NCBI GenBank assembly: GCA_016720835.1
Contig: JADKJW010000002.1
Location: forward strand, 199,036-263,035
Origin: Ignavibacteria bacterium
GTDB lineage: Bacteria; Bacteroidota; Ignavibacteria; SZUA-365
Length of the DNA stretch: 64,000 bases
Direction of reading: 5' to 3'
Shown: positions 19,164 through 28,133 of the stretch, in pieces
Layout: each line of letters starts with the position of its first letter
Position numbering within the stretch: position 1 is the stretch's first letter
The notes under the pieces: generated by a model
Told to the model about the DNA's origin: nothing
The model's database searches: none
What the model saw: the letters and a program-made list of their open reading frames with translations, nothing else
Translations under genes and position numbers: made by a program

Positions 19164-19982
19164 TCAGAACGTCACCGTAATCGAGAGCGGATACAGGGAT
19201 GTCACGCCGATCGGCGAGGGTTCCGCCTCGTGCTGATCGACGACCCAGGTGGCGATGACGTAGCCCATGGCCGCGCCGGCAAAATCATCGGAAACCCAAT
19301 GCTTGTCCTGATAGACGCGGGACACAAACGTCAACGCCGCAGGTACATACGCGAGAATCTTCAACCACAGCGCGGACGCATTTCTCGAAAGGACCGTGGA
19401 AAACACGAAGGCGGCGACATTGTGCCCGCCGGGGAGTGATTGATAGTCTGATTTCGAGAGTGCGCCGAGCGGCGAGGTAAAGGAGTGGAACGCATGCGGA
19501 CCCTCGTTGACATAGGGTCTCGACCGGCCGATGGACCATTTCAGCAGGTACGTGATAATGCCGGCGTAGATCGATGCCTGTCCGATTTCATACGCGATTT
19601 TCCTGCTGCCCATGTCGTCGGTGAGAAGAGAATGAATGGCGTAGCCGCCGAAGAGGACGAAGGGCATGTACAGATCGCCCCACATTCGTCCAATTTCCAT
19701 GGGAACGCTCTTCGCATATCGCTGATCGCTCAACGCCCAGTCGCGCGCAGGCTGATCCGCGGTCTCCATGAGCGCATATGTTCCAGCGCCGATGGCACCC
19801 AGAGTGAGCCAGTCACGCGCCTTCCATGTGGTCGGCTGCTTGATGAAGAGCCAGGTCTCATCCCCGAATTGCGAGAAAGTATAGCGGAGCTTCGGATCAC
19901 CGACTGGTGCAGGTCCATTTTGCGCGAGAAGCAGCTGTCCGCAGAGCACGGTCAGGAGAAGAAACAGGATGCCATTTTTCAT
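19164..19982 (-). CDS. PAP2-superfamily phosphatase (272 aa), secreted/membrane
   Basis: Signal peptide MKNGILFLLLTVLCGQLLLAQ. The three PAP2 motifs are KWSIGRSRPY (KX6RP), LPGGHNV (PSGH-like) and SRVYQDKHWVSD (SRX5HX3D). Confidence 0.7.
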   Translation of the reverse strand: MKNGILFLLLTVLCGQLLLAQNGPAPVGDPKLRYTFSQFGDETWLFIKQPTTWKARDWLTLGAIGAGTYALMETADQPARDWALSDQRYAKSVPMEIGRMWGDLYMPFVLFGGYAIHSLLTDDMGSRKIAYEIGQASIYAGIITYLLKWSIGRSRPYVNEGPHAFHSFTSPLGALSKSDYQSLPGGHNVAAFVFSTVLSRNASALWLKILAYVPAALTFVSRVYQDKHWVSDDFAGAAMGYVIATWVVDQHEAEPSPIGVTSLYPLSITVTF

Positions 19983-20034
19983 GATAGTGCCCGATGTCGT
20001 GAGTGGTGGACGAAGGTTGCCCGTCGGGCTCGCC

Positions 20035-21678
20035 TCACCGTTTCTTGAATTTAAACTCTTCGAAGAACAACTGGAAAAAGAGTTTCTGTTCCGTGCGTAC
20101 CGAATGCACAGGCGCGAAGTCGCGCGGATACCGTTCGCTGTAATAGATGATATGCTCGAAGCCGATGCTGAGAATGCTGAAGAGCGGGACCACGATGCGC
20201 GGTTTCACGAGCGCCACGTAACTGTTCCCCGGAAGTCCGACATAGGTGTGGAACCACCAGACGTATCCGACCATGGACAGCTTGAGGAAGCCAAAGTCGT
20301 AGGCGCTTTCCATTTTCGCTTCCGCGCCGCCTCCGAAGTTGTAATCGCGCATCTGCGTCGTATCGGGACCGTAGCGCCCGCTCAATCCGGCGAGTGGCAC
20401 GATGCCGACGTGAAAATCCGCGTACAGGCTCGCGCGCTGGCTCGTCGGCAGCTTCCCGATCAGTCCCGGTCCGAACGCGATCGCGCCGAATTCGAAGGTG
20501 TTGTTGTCGAAGAAATTCATGCGCTGAAATATTCCGAGCAGCGCATCCGCATCTCCCACCCGGATGTTGCGTCCGTACAGCACGGCGTCGCCGGTGACTT
20601 TGGTGATGATTTTTCTTCCGTCTCCGAAGTTGAGCGCGGTCTGCACCTGGAAGTAATCGAAGGGCTTTCGCTCGCGTTTCTCCAGCGGATTCCCGTAGTC
20701 GAGATCCATGCCGAGGCTCACGGCCTGTGTGCCCTTCTCGATGCGGGTTCCCTCGTTGACCTGATGATAGCCCGCCGTCAGGGTGACGTTCAAGGGTTCC
20801 TTCTGGTACACTTCTTCCGTCGTCAGCCGCGTCAGGCTGCCGTTCATCAATCTGCTGAAGAAGCGTGTCGGCGTCATGATGGCGACGGCGGCCTCGCGTG
20901 CAAAGCGGTCCCATCCCGTAGTCTGATCGTCGAGGATATTCGATCCGAGCCGGTAGAAGATCTCGCCGAGGAAGCTGCCGTTGATCGGCGTGTTGATGAA
21001 ATCATTGTAGGAAGGAAGCGTGTTTTCGAAGAAGTACTCCCATTCCAGGCTTCCCAGAAACGCGAAGGGCACGGATTCGAAATAGGTGTATCCGTTCGCG
21101 CGGGCGGCATTGAAGAACATCCCCCCCGAGAACGGGTGGAAGAAGTAATTCATGCCGAAGCGGTCCGTGTCCCACTCCCAGCCGGTCTGGATATTGTGTT
21201 TCCATGAATTGAATCCGATTCTGGCGAAGTCCGCGTTCAACACGTAGCGATCGATTGCCCATGTTGTCACATTCGCAAGTGTCAGGCGCCCCACCACCAT
21301 CCAGGGAGAGGATTTCGTGACGTACAGCGGATTGTCGTTGAGCAGGTCGCCATACTTGTTGAATTTCAGGGAGTCGTCGGCCTGCGGCGCCTGTCCCTCG
21401 ATCAAACGGGGATCCCATGGACTCTGATCGAAGATCAGGGCCGGTGTTTCCGTCGAGGTGAATTCACTGCTGTCGATGCTCCCGGGGTTGGATGCGGTCG
21501 TCGCGCCGGGCATCGCGGATCCTTCCGCCGTCGCGCTGCTGTCGAGCCCGGCCACCGTCTGTGCCTCCAGCGTGGTGGTGAGCAGGAACACCAGGATCAC
21601 GAGACCGGGCACTCCGCAGACGGTCCCGCGGATGGAATGTGCGCGTGCCCGGTTCATATTCGTCGCCATCGTCTTCAT
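20035..21678 (-). CDS. secreted outer-membrane-type hypothetical protein (547 aa), possibly DUF3943-like
   Basis: Start chosen at ATG 21678 (MKTMATNMNRARAHSIRGTVCGVPGLVILVFLLTTTLEAQ), with GAGGATGG 8 nt upstream. Aromatic-rich segment WDTDRFGMNYFFHPFSGGMFFNAARANGYTYFE. The DUF3943 assignment is from memory only. Confidence 0.45.
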   Translation of the reverse strand: MKTMATNMNRARAHSIRGTVCGVPGLVILVFLLTTTLEAQTVAGLDSSATAEGSAMPGATTASNPGSIDSSEFTSTETPALIFDQSPWDPRLIEGQAPQADDSLKFNKYGDLLNDNPLYVTKSSPWMVVGRLTLANVTTWAIDRYVLNADFARIGFNSWKHNIQTGWEWDTDRFGMNYFFHPFSGGMFFNAARANGYTYFESVPFAFLGSLEWEYFFENTLPSYNDFINTPINGSFLGEIFYRLGSNILDDQTTGWDRFAREAAVAIMTPTRFFSRLMNGSLTRLTTEEVYQKEPLNVTLTAGYHQVNEGTRIEKGTQAVSLGMDLDYGNPLEKRERKPFDYFQVQTALNFGDGRKIITKVTGDAVLYGRNIRVGDADALLGIFQRMNFFDNNTFEFGAIAFGPGLIGKLPTSQRASLYADFHVGIVPLAGLSGRYGPDTTQMRDYNFGGGAEAKMESAYDFGFLKLSMVGYVWWFHTYVGLPGNSYVALVKPRIVVPLFSILSIGFEHIIYYSERYPRDFAPVHSVRTEQKLFFQLFFEEFKFKKR

Positions 21679-21695
21679 GCGTGCCATCCTCTGTA

Positions 21696-21917
21696 TTAGC
21701 GTGTATCCTCGGTGTTCCGGGCGGTCGCTTCCCAACGGACGCACTGGCTGAACTTGTGCATCGTGATGCCCGCCAGCACGGTTTCGCGCGTTCCCAATTC
21801 GTACCATGGCCGTGCCGTGCTGATCTGCACCTTCCGCATGCGCCTCGACACGCGCTCCTGTTCCATGCTCGTGTAGATGCAGAAAATGTCTTGTTCTTCG
21901 TTGATTTTCATCGGGAC
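21696..21917 (-). CDS. possible small ORF (73 aa) immediately upstream of the 20035..21678 gene
   Basis: MKINEEQDIFCIYTSMEQERVSRRMRKVQISTARPWYELGTRETVLAGITMHKFSQ... has protein-like (not Arg-rich) composition. There is an 18-nt gap to the next gene. No clear RBS. Motif copy 2 lies 58-98 bp upstream. Confidence 0.25.
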   Translation of the reverse strand, partial: VPMKINEEQDIFCIYTSMEQERVSRRMRKVQISTARPWYELGTRETVLAGITMHKFSQCVRWEATARNTEDTR

Positions 21918-21974
21918 GGCCATTGAGGGAATACCGGAATTGCATAATAAATGTGCCTCCGCACGCCCCAAAAA

Positions 21975-22015
21975 GCATTACAGAACTCCGGGAATTCGTT
22001 ACAGCATTCACACAT
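21975..22015 (+). promoter_or_regulatory. conserved 41-bp element, copy 2
   Basis: gcATTACAgAACTCcgggaattcGTTACAgCATTCaCACAT. It is 202 bp upstream of the plus-strand GT4 gene ATG (22217), in a 540-bp region with no confident gene. Confidence 0.5.
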
Positions 22016-22216
22016 TGAAACCATGGTGCAGGAATTTTTCCCGCGAAACGATATCGGTACAACCCAGCATGAAATGCTGTACATTACATGCACGGTTGCC
22101 GTTTGATATTCGCGGAAGGATCGTCATGCCGGGACCTCCCGTGTGGGGACGTTCCCTCGCCGCGCATCGTTCGCACCGCGCGCCATTTCCCTGCCATCTG
22201 CCGGAGGACTGTTGTG

Positions 22217-24499
22217 ATGGATTCCACGCTGCCGGAACGCATCGCCTTCCTCGGCGGATACGTGCCACGACTCTGCGGTATCGCGACGTTCACACACGAC
22301 GTGTGCGAGGCCGTCGCCACCGCGGCCCCCGGGGCTCTCTGCTTCGCCGGCGCCATGAACGACCGCCTCGACGCGTACGAGTATCCGCCGCGTGTCCGCT
22401 TCGAACTGGATCAGAAGGATCTCGATTCCTACAGGCGCGCCGCGGACTTTCTGAACTTCAGCAACGCGGACGTGCTCTGCGTGCAGCACGAGTTCGGCAT
22501 TTACGGCGGTCCCGCCGGCAGCCATCTCCTCGCCCTGCTCAAGGAAGTGCGCATGCCCGTGGTGACGACGCTGCACACCATTCTGCGCACACCGGACCCG
22601 ATCCAGCGCTCGGTGATGGATGAGGTCCTCCGGCGCAGCGACCGCGTGATCGTGATGGCGCGCAAGGGCGCCGACATCCTTCGCGAGACGTACGGCGTCG
22701 CGGACAGCAAGGTGGACATCATTCCGCACGGCATTCCGGACATGCCGTTCATCGAGTCGCGCTACTACAAGCAGCAGTTCGGCGTCGAGGGACGCATGGT
22801 CCTCCTCACCTTCGGGCTGCTCGGCCCGGGGAAAGGCATCGAGTACGTCATCGAAGCCCTCCCGGATATCGTACAACGGCATCCGAATATCGTCTACCTA
22901 GTCCTGGGCGCCACCCATCCGCATCTCGTCGCGCAGGAGGGCGAGACCTACCGTCTCGGGCTCGAGCGCCTGGCGGAGGACCGCGGCGTCAAGGATCACG
23001 TCATCTTCTACAACCGCTTCGTGTCGATCGACGACCTGAAGGAATTCATCGGCGCGACGGACATCTACCTCACCCCGTACCTGAATGAGGCCCAGATCAC
23101 GTCGGGAACCCTCGCGTACGTGTTCGGCGCGGGCAAAGCCGTGGTGTCCACACCCTACTGGCACGCGCAGGAGCTGCTCGCCGGGGACCGGGGCATCCTG
23201 GTGCCGTTCCGGAACTCCGCCGCCATCGCGGAGGGGGTCTGCGCATACCTGGACGACCCCGCCCGCATGCAGGAAACGCGCGTGAAGGCGCACGATCTCG
23301 GTCGCGACATGATCTGGCCCGCCGTGGCGCAGCGCTTCCTCGAGTCCTTCCAGCGCGCGCGCACGGAGCGCAGGGCGCAGCCCCGCTCGGCGTTCGCCGG
23401 GTGGACGCTCGCGAGCCGTCCCACGGATCTGCCCCCGCTGCGGCTCGATCACATCATCCGCATGAGCGACGGCACCGGCATGCTGCAGCACGCCACGTTC
23501 AACGTCCCGAACTTCGATGAAGGGTACTGCACCGACGACAACGCGCGGGCGTTCATCCTGTGCATCATGCTCGAGGAACTCGGCGGCCGCCCGCCGACGG
23601 AAAATCTCGATCACCTCACCACCAGCTATCTCGCCTTCCTGTCCGCCGCCCTGAATCGCGAGACCGGCCGCTTCCGCAACTTCATGAGCCACGCGCGGCA
23701 GTGGCTGGAAGATTCGGGCAGCGAAGACAGCCATGCGCGCGCCCTCTGGGCAGCCGGGACCGGCGCGGGACGCTCGCACAACCAGGGGCACCGGCGCCTG
23801 TGCGCGCAACTTTTCGATCGCGGTCTGTCCGCCGTGGAATCGTTCTCTTCTCCGCGCGCATGGGCCTTCACGCTGCTGGGCGTCCATGAATATCTGCACA
23901 GTTTCCCGGGGCATCCGGTCGTCGAGGCCGCGCGCATCTCGCTCACCGACAGACTCCTGGAACTCTGGAACGGCTGCGCGACGGAGCACTGGCCGTGGTT
24001 CGAATCCAGCGCCACCTACGACAATGCCCGCATCTGCCAGGCCCTGATCCTCAGCGGTCAGCGAATGCCCAATGCCGACGCCGTCGAGATCGGTCTGAAA
24101 TCCCTCGGGTGGCTGGTCTCCGTGCAGAAGACGCGCGAAGGGCATTTCAGGCCCATCGGGAGCAATGGGTTTTACGTGCGGGACGGCGCGCATGCGGACT
24201 TCGATCAGCAGCCAGTGGAAGCGCAGGCGATGGTGGCCGCGTGCCTCGAAGCCTTTCGCGCCACGCAGGACGACTTCTGGATGCGCGAAGCCAAGCGGGC
24301 GTTCGAGTGGTTCCTCGGACGCAACGATCTCGGCTGGCCGCTCTACGACAGCAGCAACGGCGGGTGCGGGGACGGCTTGCACCACGATCGCGTCAACGAA
24401 AATCAGGGCGCGGAATCGACCCTCGCCTTCCACCTCGCGCTGGCGGAAATGAACTTCGCGAAGCACATCTTCGCGCCGATCACGAGTGTGGTCCCATGA
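22217..24499 (+). CDS. family-4 (GT-B) glycosyltransferase with ~370-aa C-terminal alpha-helical extension (760 aa)
   Basis: ATG at 22217 with GGAGGA RBS (MDSTLPERIAFLGGYVPRLCGIATFTHDV...). The GT4 core is HEFGIYGG...VLLTFGLLGPGKGIEY...GATDIYLTPY...AYVFGAGKAVVSTP. The extension (..DEGYCTDDNARAFILCIM..WPWFESSATYDNARICQALIL..) looks like a six-hairpin-type glycosidase-like domain (tentative). The antisense ORF 22898..24466 is junk. Confidence 0.7.
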   Translation: MDSTLPERIAFLGGYVPRLCGIATFTHDVCEAVATAAPGALCFAGAMNDRLDAYEYPPRVRFELDQKDLDSYRRAADFLNFSNADVLCVQHEFGIYGGPAGSHLLALLKEVRMPVVTTLHTILRTPDPIQRSVMDEVLRRSDRVIVMARKGADILRETYGVADSKVDIIPHGIPDMPFIESRYYKQQFGVEGRMVLLTFGLLGPGKGIEYVIEALPDIVQRHPNIVYLVLGATHPHLVAQEGETYRLGLERLAEDRGVKDHVIFYNRFVSIDDLKEFIGATDIYLTPYLNEAQITSGTLAYVFGAGKAVVSTPYWHAQELLAGDRGILVPFRNSAAIAEGVCAYLDDPARMQETRVKAHDLGRDMIWPAVAQRFLESFQRARTERRAQPRSAFAGWTLASRPTDLPPLRLDHIIRMSDGTGMLQHATFNVPNFDEGYCTDDNARAFILCIMLEELGGRPPTENLDHLTTSYLAFLSAALNRETGRFRNFMSHARQWLEDSGSEDSHARALWAAGTGAGRSHNQGHRRLCAQLFDRGLSAVESFSSPRAWAFTLLGVHEYLHSFPGHPVVEAARISLTDRLLELWNGCATEHWPWFESSATYDNARICQALILSGQRMPNADAVEIGLKSLGWLVSVQKTREGHFRPIGSNGFYVRDGAHADFDQQPVEAQAMVAACLEAFRATQDDFWMREAKRAFEWFLGRNDLGWPLYDSSNGGCGDGLHHDRVNENQGAESTLAFHLALAEMNFAKHIFAPITSVVP

Positions 24500-25959
24500 G
24501 CTCCATCGCCATGCGCCGCCATGAAATGACGCTTGTCCCCGAGAGCGCCCGCGTCATCATCCGTCCGTTCATCCCGTCCTCCGCGCACCGCGTCACGACG
24601 ATCATCGGCCGGGCGCTGGCCCTGAGCGAGGACGACGCCGCGCGCGACCTGGAAGCCATGCTGAAGGAGTTCGAGTCCCGCCACTTCGATCTCGAGTCGC
24701 TGCTGCTCGCGAATTACGAACGCATGCTCCCGCAGATTTTCACCAACCGTCCCCTCTCCCGGCCACGAATGCTTCTCATCGGGGCGCTGTTCTCCGGCGA
24801 GTACGCGGTGGAATCGGCCGCGCTGTTCAATCCGTCCATCGTCCCGCATCCCGACCAGAGCGGCGTGCCCGAAGGCAGTCTGCGTTTCATCATGAGTTTG
24901 CGCGCCACGGGCGAAGGGCACATTTCTTCGGTGGAGTTCCGCGCCGGTCTCATCACTCCCGATGCGGGCATCCGTCTGGATCCCGTCTCCCGCTACGTCG
25001 CCCTGCCGATCATCGACCTGAATCCCGGGTACCAGAAGACGACATTCATCGTCAAGCTGCATGAGATGGGATTCGACAACCGCGTCTCCGCCGCCGTGAT
25101 GGAACCTCTCGGGGACCACTTCAGCCTGACCGAATTGAACCGGAGCGCGCTCCGCGTGCGGCGCGGGACACGACCCGTCACGGAGGAACTCAAGAGCACG
25201 ATCCGCTCCATCCGGCTGCTCGCCGATTCCAACTACGAGATGGAGTTCGCGCCGCAGCTCGCGATGAGCGAGCGCATCATCTTCCCCGTCTCCGCCAACG
25301 AGAGCAACGGCATCGAGGACGCGCGCTTCGTCCGTTTCTGCGAGGAAGACGGGTCGGCGATGTACTACGCCACGTACACGGCGTACAACGGACGCACCAT
25401 CCTGCCGCAGCTCATCGAGACGCAGGATTTCCTCCACTTCCGCGTGCTCACGCTCAACGGCGCGGCGGTGCAGAACAAGGGCATGGCGCTGTTCCCGCGG
25501 CGCATCGACGGCAACTACGCGATGCTCTCGCGGCAGGACGACGAGAACCTGTCCATCATGTTTTCGGACAATCCCCACTTCTGGAATGACGCGACGGTGC
25601 TCATGCGGCCCGCGGAGATGTGGGAGTCCGTGAAGATCGGGAACTGCGGCTCGCCCATCGAAACCGACGCGGGCTGGCTGGTGATCACGCACGGCGTCGG
25701 TCCGATGCGAAAGTACTGCATCGGCGCCGCGCTGCTCGATCTGCAGGACCCGACGAAGGTCATCGGACGCTTGCGCGAACCGCTGCTGACGCCTGAGGGC
25801 AGCGGGCGGGAGGGCTACGTGCCCAACGTGGTGTACAGCTGCGGTTCAATCGTGCATGGGCCCAATCTCATCCTCCCCTTCGCGATGAGCGACCGCGCGA
25901 CCGCTATCGCGACGGTGTCGCTGGACGCGTTGCTCGCCAAGTTGCTAGGGCGGACGTAG
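24496..25959 (+). CDS. GH130-family (beta-mannoside phosphorylase/glycosidase, DUF377) protein with ~200-aa N-terminal extension (487 aa)
   Basis: Start at ATG 24496, overlapping the GT stop (cATGAg, 4-nt overlap). The C-terminal region IFPVSANESNGIEDARFVRF..YYATYTAYNG..GYVPNVVYSCGSI matches the GH130 five-bladed propeller. The track ORF start (23995) is off-frame junk. Confidence 0.65.
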   Translation: MSSIAMRRHEMTLVPESARVIIRPFIPSSAHRVTTIIGRALALSEDDAARDLEAMLKEFESRHFDLESLLLANYERMLPQIFTNRPLSRPRMLLIGALFSGEYAVESAALFNPSIVPHPDQSGVPEGSLRFIMSLRATGEGHISSVEFRAGLITPDAGIRLDPVSRYVALPIIDLNPGYQKTTFIVKLHEMGFDNRVSAAVMEPLGDHFSLTELNRSALRVRRGTRPVTEELKSTIRSIRLLADSNYEMEFAPQLAMSERIIFPVSANESNGIEDARFVRFCEEDGSAMYYATYTAYNGRTILPQLIETQDFLHFRVLTLNGAAVQNKGMALFPRRIDGNYAMLSRQDDENLSIMFSDNPHFWNDATVLMRPAEMWESVKIGNCGSPIETDAGWLVITHGVGPMRKYCIGAALLDLQDPTKVIGRLREPLLTPEGSGREGYVPNVVYSCGSIVHGPNLILPFAMSDRATAIATVSLDALLAKLLGRT

Positions 25960-26101
25960 CGGAAGCGAGTGGGGAGAAGAGAGGAGGGAGGAGGGAGAAA
26001 ATACGAAAGTCGGGTGGGGACCTGCCTTCGCCTCGCTAGGCTCGGCTTCGGCGGGCAGGCAAGCGTCACGCTTGTCAGATTCCGGAGTATCGGAGTCGAT
26101 A

Positions 26102-26716
26102 CTATGATATGAAGAAATCGACGATCCCGGTCTCGAGCGAATACTCGGCGCCGATCACGAGGAGGTCCTCGTGCAGGATCAGCTGCTCGAGCACTTCCGA
26201 TCCGTGCCGCAGGTGGTTGACCGAGGCGCGGATGTTGGCGCGGACGGCGTGCGCGACCAGCGCGTCGTGATCGTGATCGAGCTCCGTGTCCAGGAGTTCC
26301 TCGACCGACGGGCGGATGCGGTCGACGATGGAACGCAGGTTCTTCGACTGTTTCTCCGTCGGCCGGTGCAGTTCCTCCAGCGTCGCGAGGATGGCCCCGC
26401 AGCGGGAATGGCCCAGCACCACGACGAGCGGCGTGCCGAAACGCTCGGCGGCGAACTCGACGCTCCCGACCTGGGAGGGCGCGACGATGTTTCCCGCGAC
26501 GCGGATGACGAACAGGTCGCCCAATCCCTGATCGAAGATGATCTCCACCGGGACGCGCGAATCGGAACATCCGAGGATCACCGCGAAGGGTTCCTGCCCG
26601 TCGACGAGGTCGTCGGGCCGTGTCGGGTTTACGAGCGTGTCGCGGTTCCGCACGTCGGAGACGAAACGGTGATTGCCCGCTTTCAGGCGCTCGAGGGCTT
26701 CGAAGGCTGGGATCAT
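26102..26716 (-). CDS. beta-class carbonic anhydrase (204 aa)
   Basis: ATG at 26716 (MIPAFEALERLKAGNHRFV...). Zinc-ligand motifs CSDSRV and HSRCGA are present. The ATG overlaps the TGA of the upstream methyltransferase gene (cATGAtc). Confidence 0.75.
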   Translation of the reverse strand: MIPAFEALERLKAGNHRFVSDVRNRDTLVNPTRPDDLVDGQEPFAVILGCSDSRVPVEIIFDQGLGDLFVIRVAGNIVAPSQVGSVEFAAERFGTPLVVVLGHSRCGAILATLEELHRPTEKQSKNLRSIVDRIRPSVEELLDTELDHDHDALVAHAVRANIRASVNHLRHGSEVLEQLILHEDLLVIGAEYSLETGIVDFFIS

Positions 26717-27399
26717 TGGCGTCGTGCCCGTTCCGTACTCTGCCCGGGGGGATGCCCCACGTCCTTGACGCAGAGGATTGCGGCAGCATTTTCGGGATGC
26801 GCCCGGCACCACAGGTGTTGCGTGCAGAAGGATATCACGCCCCATGCCTTCCGGGGCCGGAAACGCAGCTGGTGGCCCTCCGAGCGAAGGCATTGAAGCC
26901 CGACAAGGCCGATGACGCGGTACCCCAGCGCACGCATCTCCTGCGGCGTCCATCCGGACAGATGCTCCTGGAAGTCGCCCTCCACGATTCCTGCCTGGGG
27001 AAGAAACCCGTTGGGAGTGAAGACCACCACCTTGCAGACTGCAAGAGTTTCCAGAGTCCGGAGGAACGCGAGTCCGTCGTCTTTGGAAAAATGTTCGAGC
27101 ACGTCCAGCGCGACGCAGGCATCGAACTGTCGCTCTCGAAAGTACCGACCGAGTTCCCGCGCATCAAGCAGATGGAACTCGTCGTGCGTCCCTGCTTCTC
27201 TGGCCTGTACGATATCGGGGTGATACGCGTCGGCTCCGACCAGCCATTCGCAGGAGAGGAAGCGCAACGGCGACCGTGCCCCGCACCCCACGTCAAGCAC
27301 GGAGGCGCAGTCGGCGAGCTCGCGCGCGAGTTCGATTGCACAGTCGCGGGAGGACGACAACGGCCGCGTTTCCTTCGCGATGTTGAATGTGGTTCTCAT
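26713..27399 (-). CDS. class I SAM-dependent methyltransferase (228 aa)
   Basis: Motif I VLDVGCGARSPLRF and motif post-I ALDVLEHF. It is translationally coupled to the carbonic anhydrase gene. Confidence 0.65.
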   Translation of the reverse strand: MRTTFNIAKETRPLSSSRDCAIELARELADCASVLDVGCGARSPLRFLSCEWLVGADAYHPDIVQAREAGTHDEFHLLDARELGRYFRERQFDACVALDVLEHFSKDDGLAFLRTLETLAVCKVVVFTPNGFLPQAGIVEGDFQEHLSGWTPQEMRALGYRVIGLVGLQCLRSEGHQLRFRPRKAWGVISFCTQHLWCRAHPENAAAILCVKDVGHPPGQSTERARRQ

Positions 27400-27503
27400 G
27401 CAGTCGTCTCACCAGCAGCCGGGAAATACATCGATAAGACACTATCGTTTGACAATACGGAGGCTTTCCCGAAAAACCAAAACACCCCGTCGGCGCCTTT
27501 CCG

Positions 27504-27989
27504 CTATTTGAGACTGAGCGGCGGCCCGAGCAATTCCATTCCGTGGGCGCGCCAGAGCGCGGGATCCTGAGGCGGCATGGCATCCGCTTTCGTCACTTCC
27601 CGGAAGAACGCTTCCATGCTGCCCGCGGGTGTGAAGGCCACGAGGATTCTTCCCCTCCCGTCGCCCGCGTGCGCCCAGACGTGCGGCACCATGCGCGGCC
27701 CGAGCACGGAATCGCCGGGCTTGAGGCGGAATCTCTCCTCACCGATTTCGAAGAGGAACTCCCCTTCGAGCACGTAGAACCACTCGTCCTGCGCGACGTG
27801 GAGATGCCTCGCCGGCCCGCCTTTCGCGTGGAAGATGTTCTCGAGCACGAAGAGCCCGTTGCTGCCCGCGCCCGTCACTTTGAAATCGATCTCGCTGATG
27901 CCGAGGCCGCGATGCTCGCCGAAGCGGTCGTGCCCCGCATCCACAACCACGGCTGTATTGAATGACTGCGATCTTGCCGAGTCTGTCAT
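27504..27989 (-). CDS. cupin-domain protein (161 aa)
   Basis: ATG at 27989 with GGAGGAGCAGGAA RBS (MTDSARSQSFNTAVVVDAGHDRFGEHRG...HLHVAQDEWFYVLEGEFLFEIG...). This is a two-His cupin pattern. Confidence 0.6.
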   Translation of the reverse strand: MTDSARSQSFNTAVVVDAGHDRFGEHRGLGISEIDFKVTGAGSNGLFVLENIFHAKGGPARHLHVAQDEWFYVLEGEFLFEIGEERFRLKPGDSVLGPRMVPHVWAHAGDGRGRILVAFTPAGSMEAFFREVTKADAMPPQDPALWRAHGMELLGPPLSLK

Positions 27990-28133
27990 TTCCTGCTCCT
28001 CCAGTGCACACGCTGCGGATGGCCCGCTTTGCGCATTCTCCTGAAACAGCAGGACGGGGTCAGGTGCGTTCCTCTGTCCTGGGTAGCAGAGCGCATAGGA
28101 CTGAGAATCGACGCAGTGCTGCGCTCCAAGTTC

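Noticed and set aside
22898-24466. 522-aa minus-strand ORF, and 38211..39863 (-), 42705..44084 (-), 45866..47416 (-), 48211..49461 (+)
   Set aside because: Each is antisense to a confidently identified gene (GT4, CotH, ASST paralogs, pepC) and lacks any motif. Rejected as spurious.
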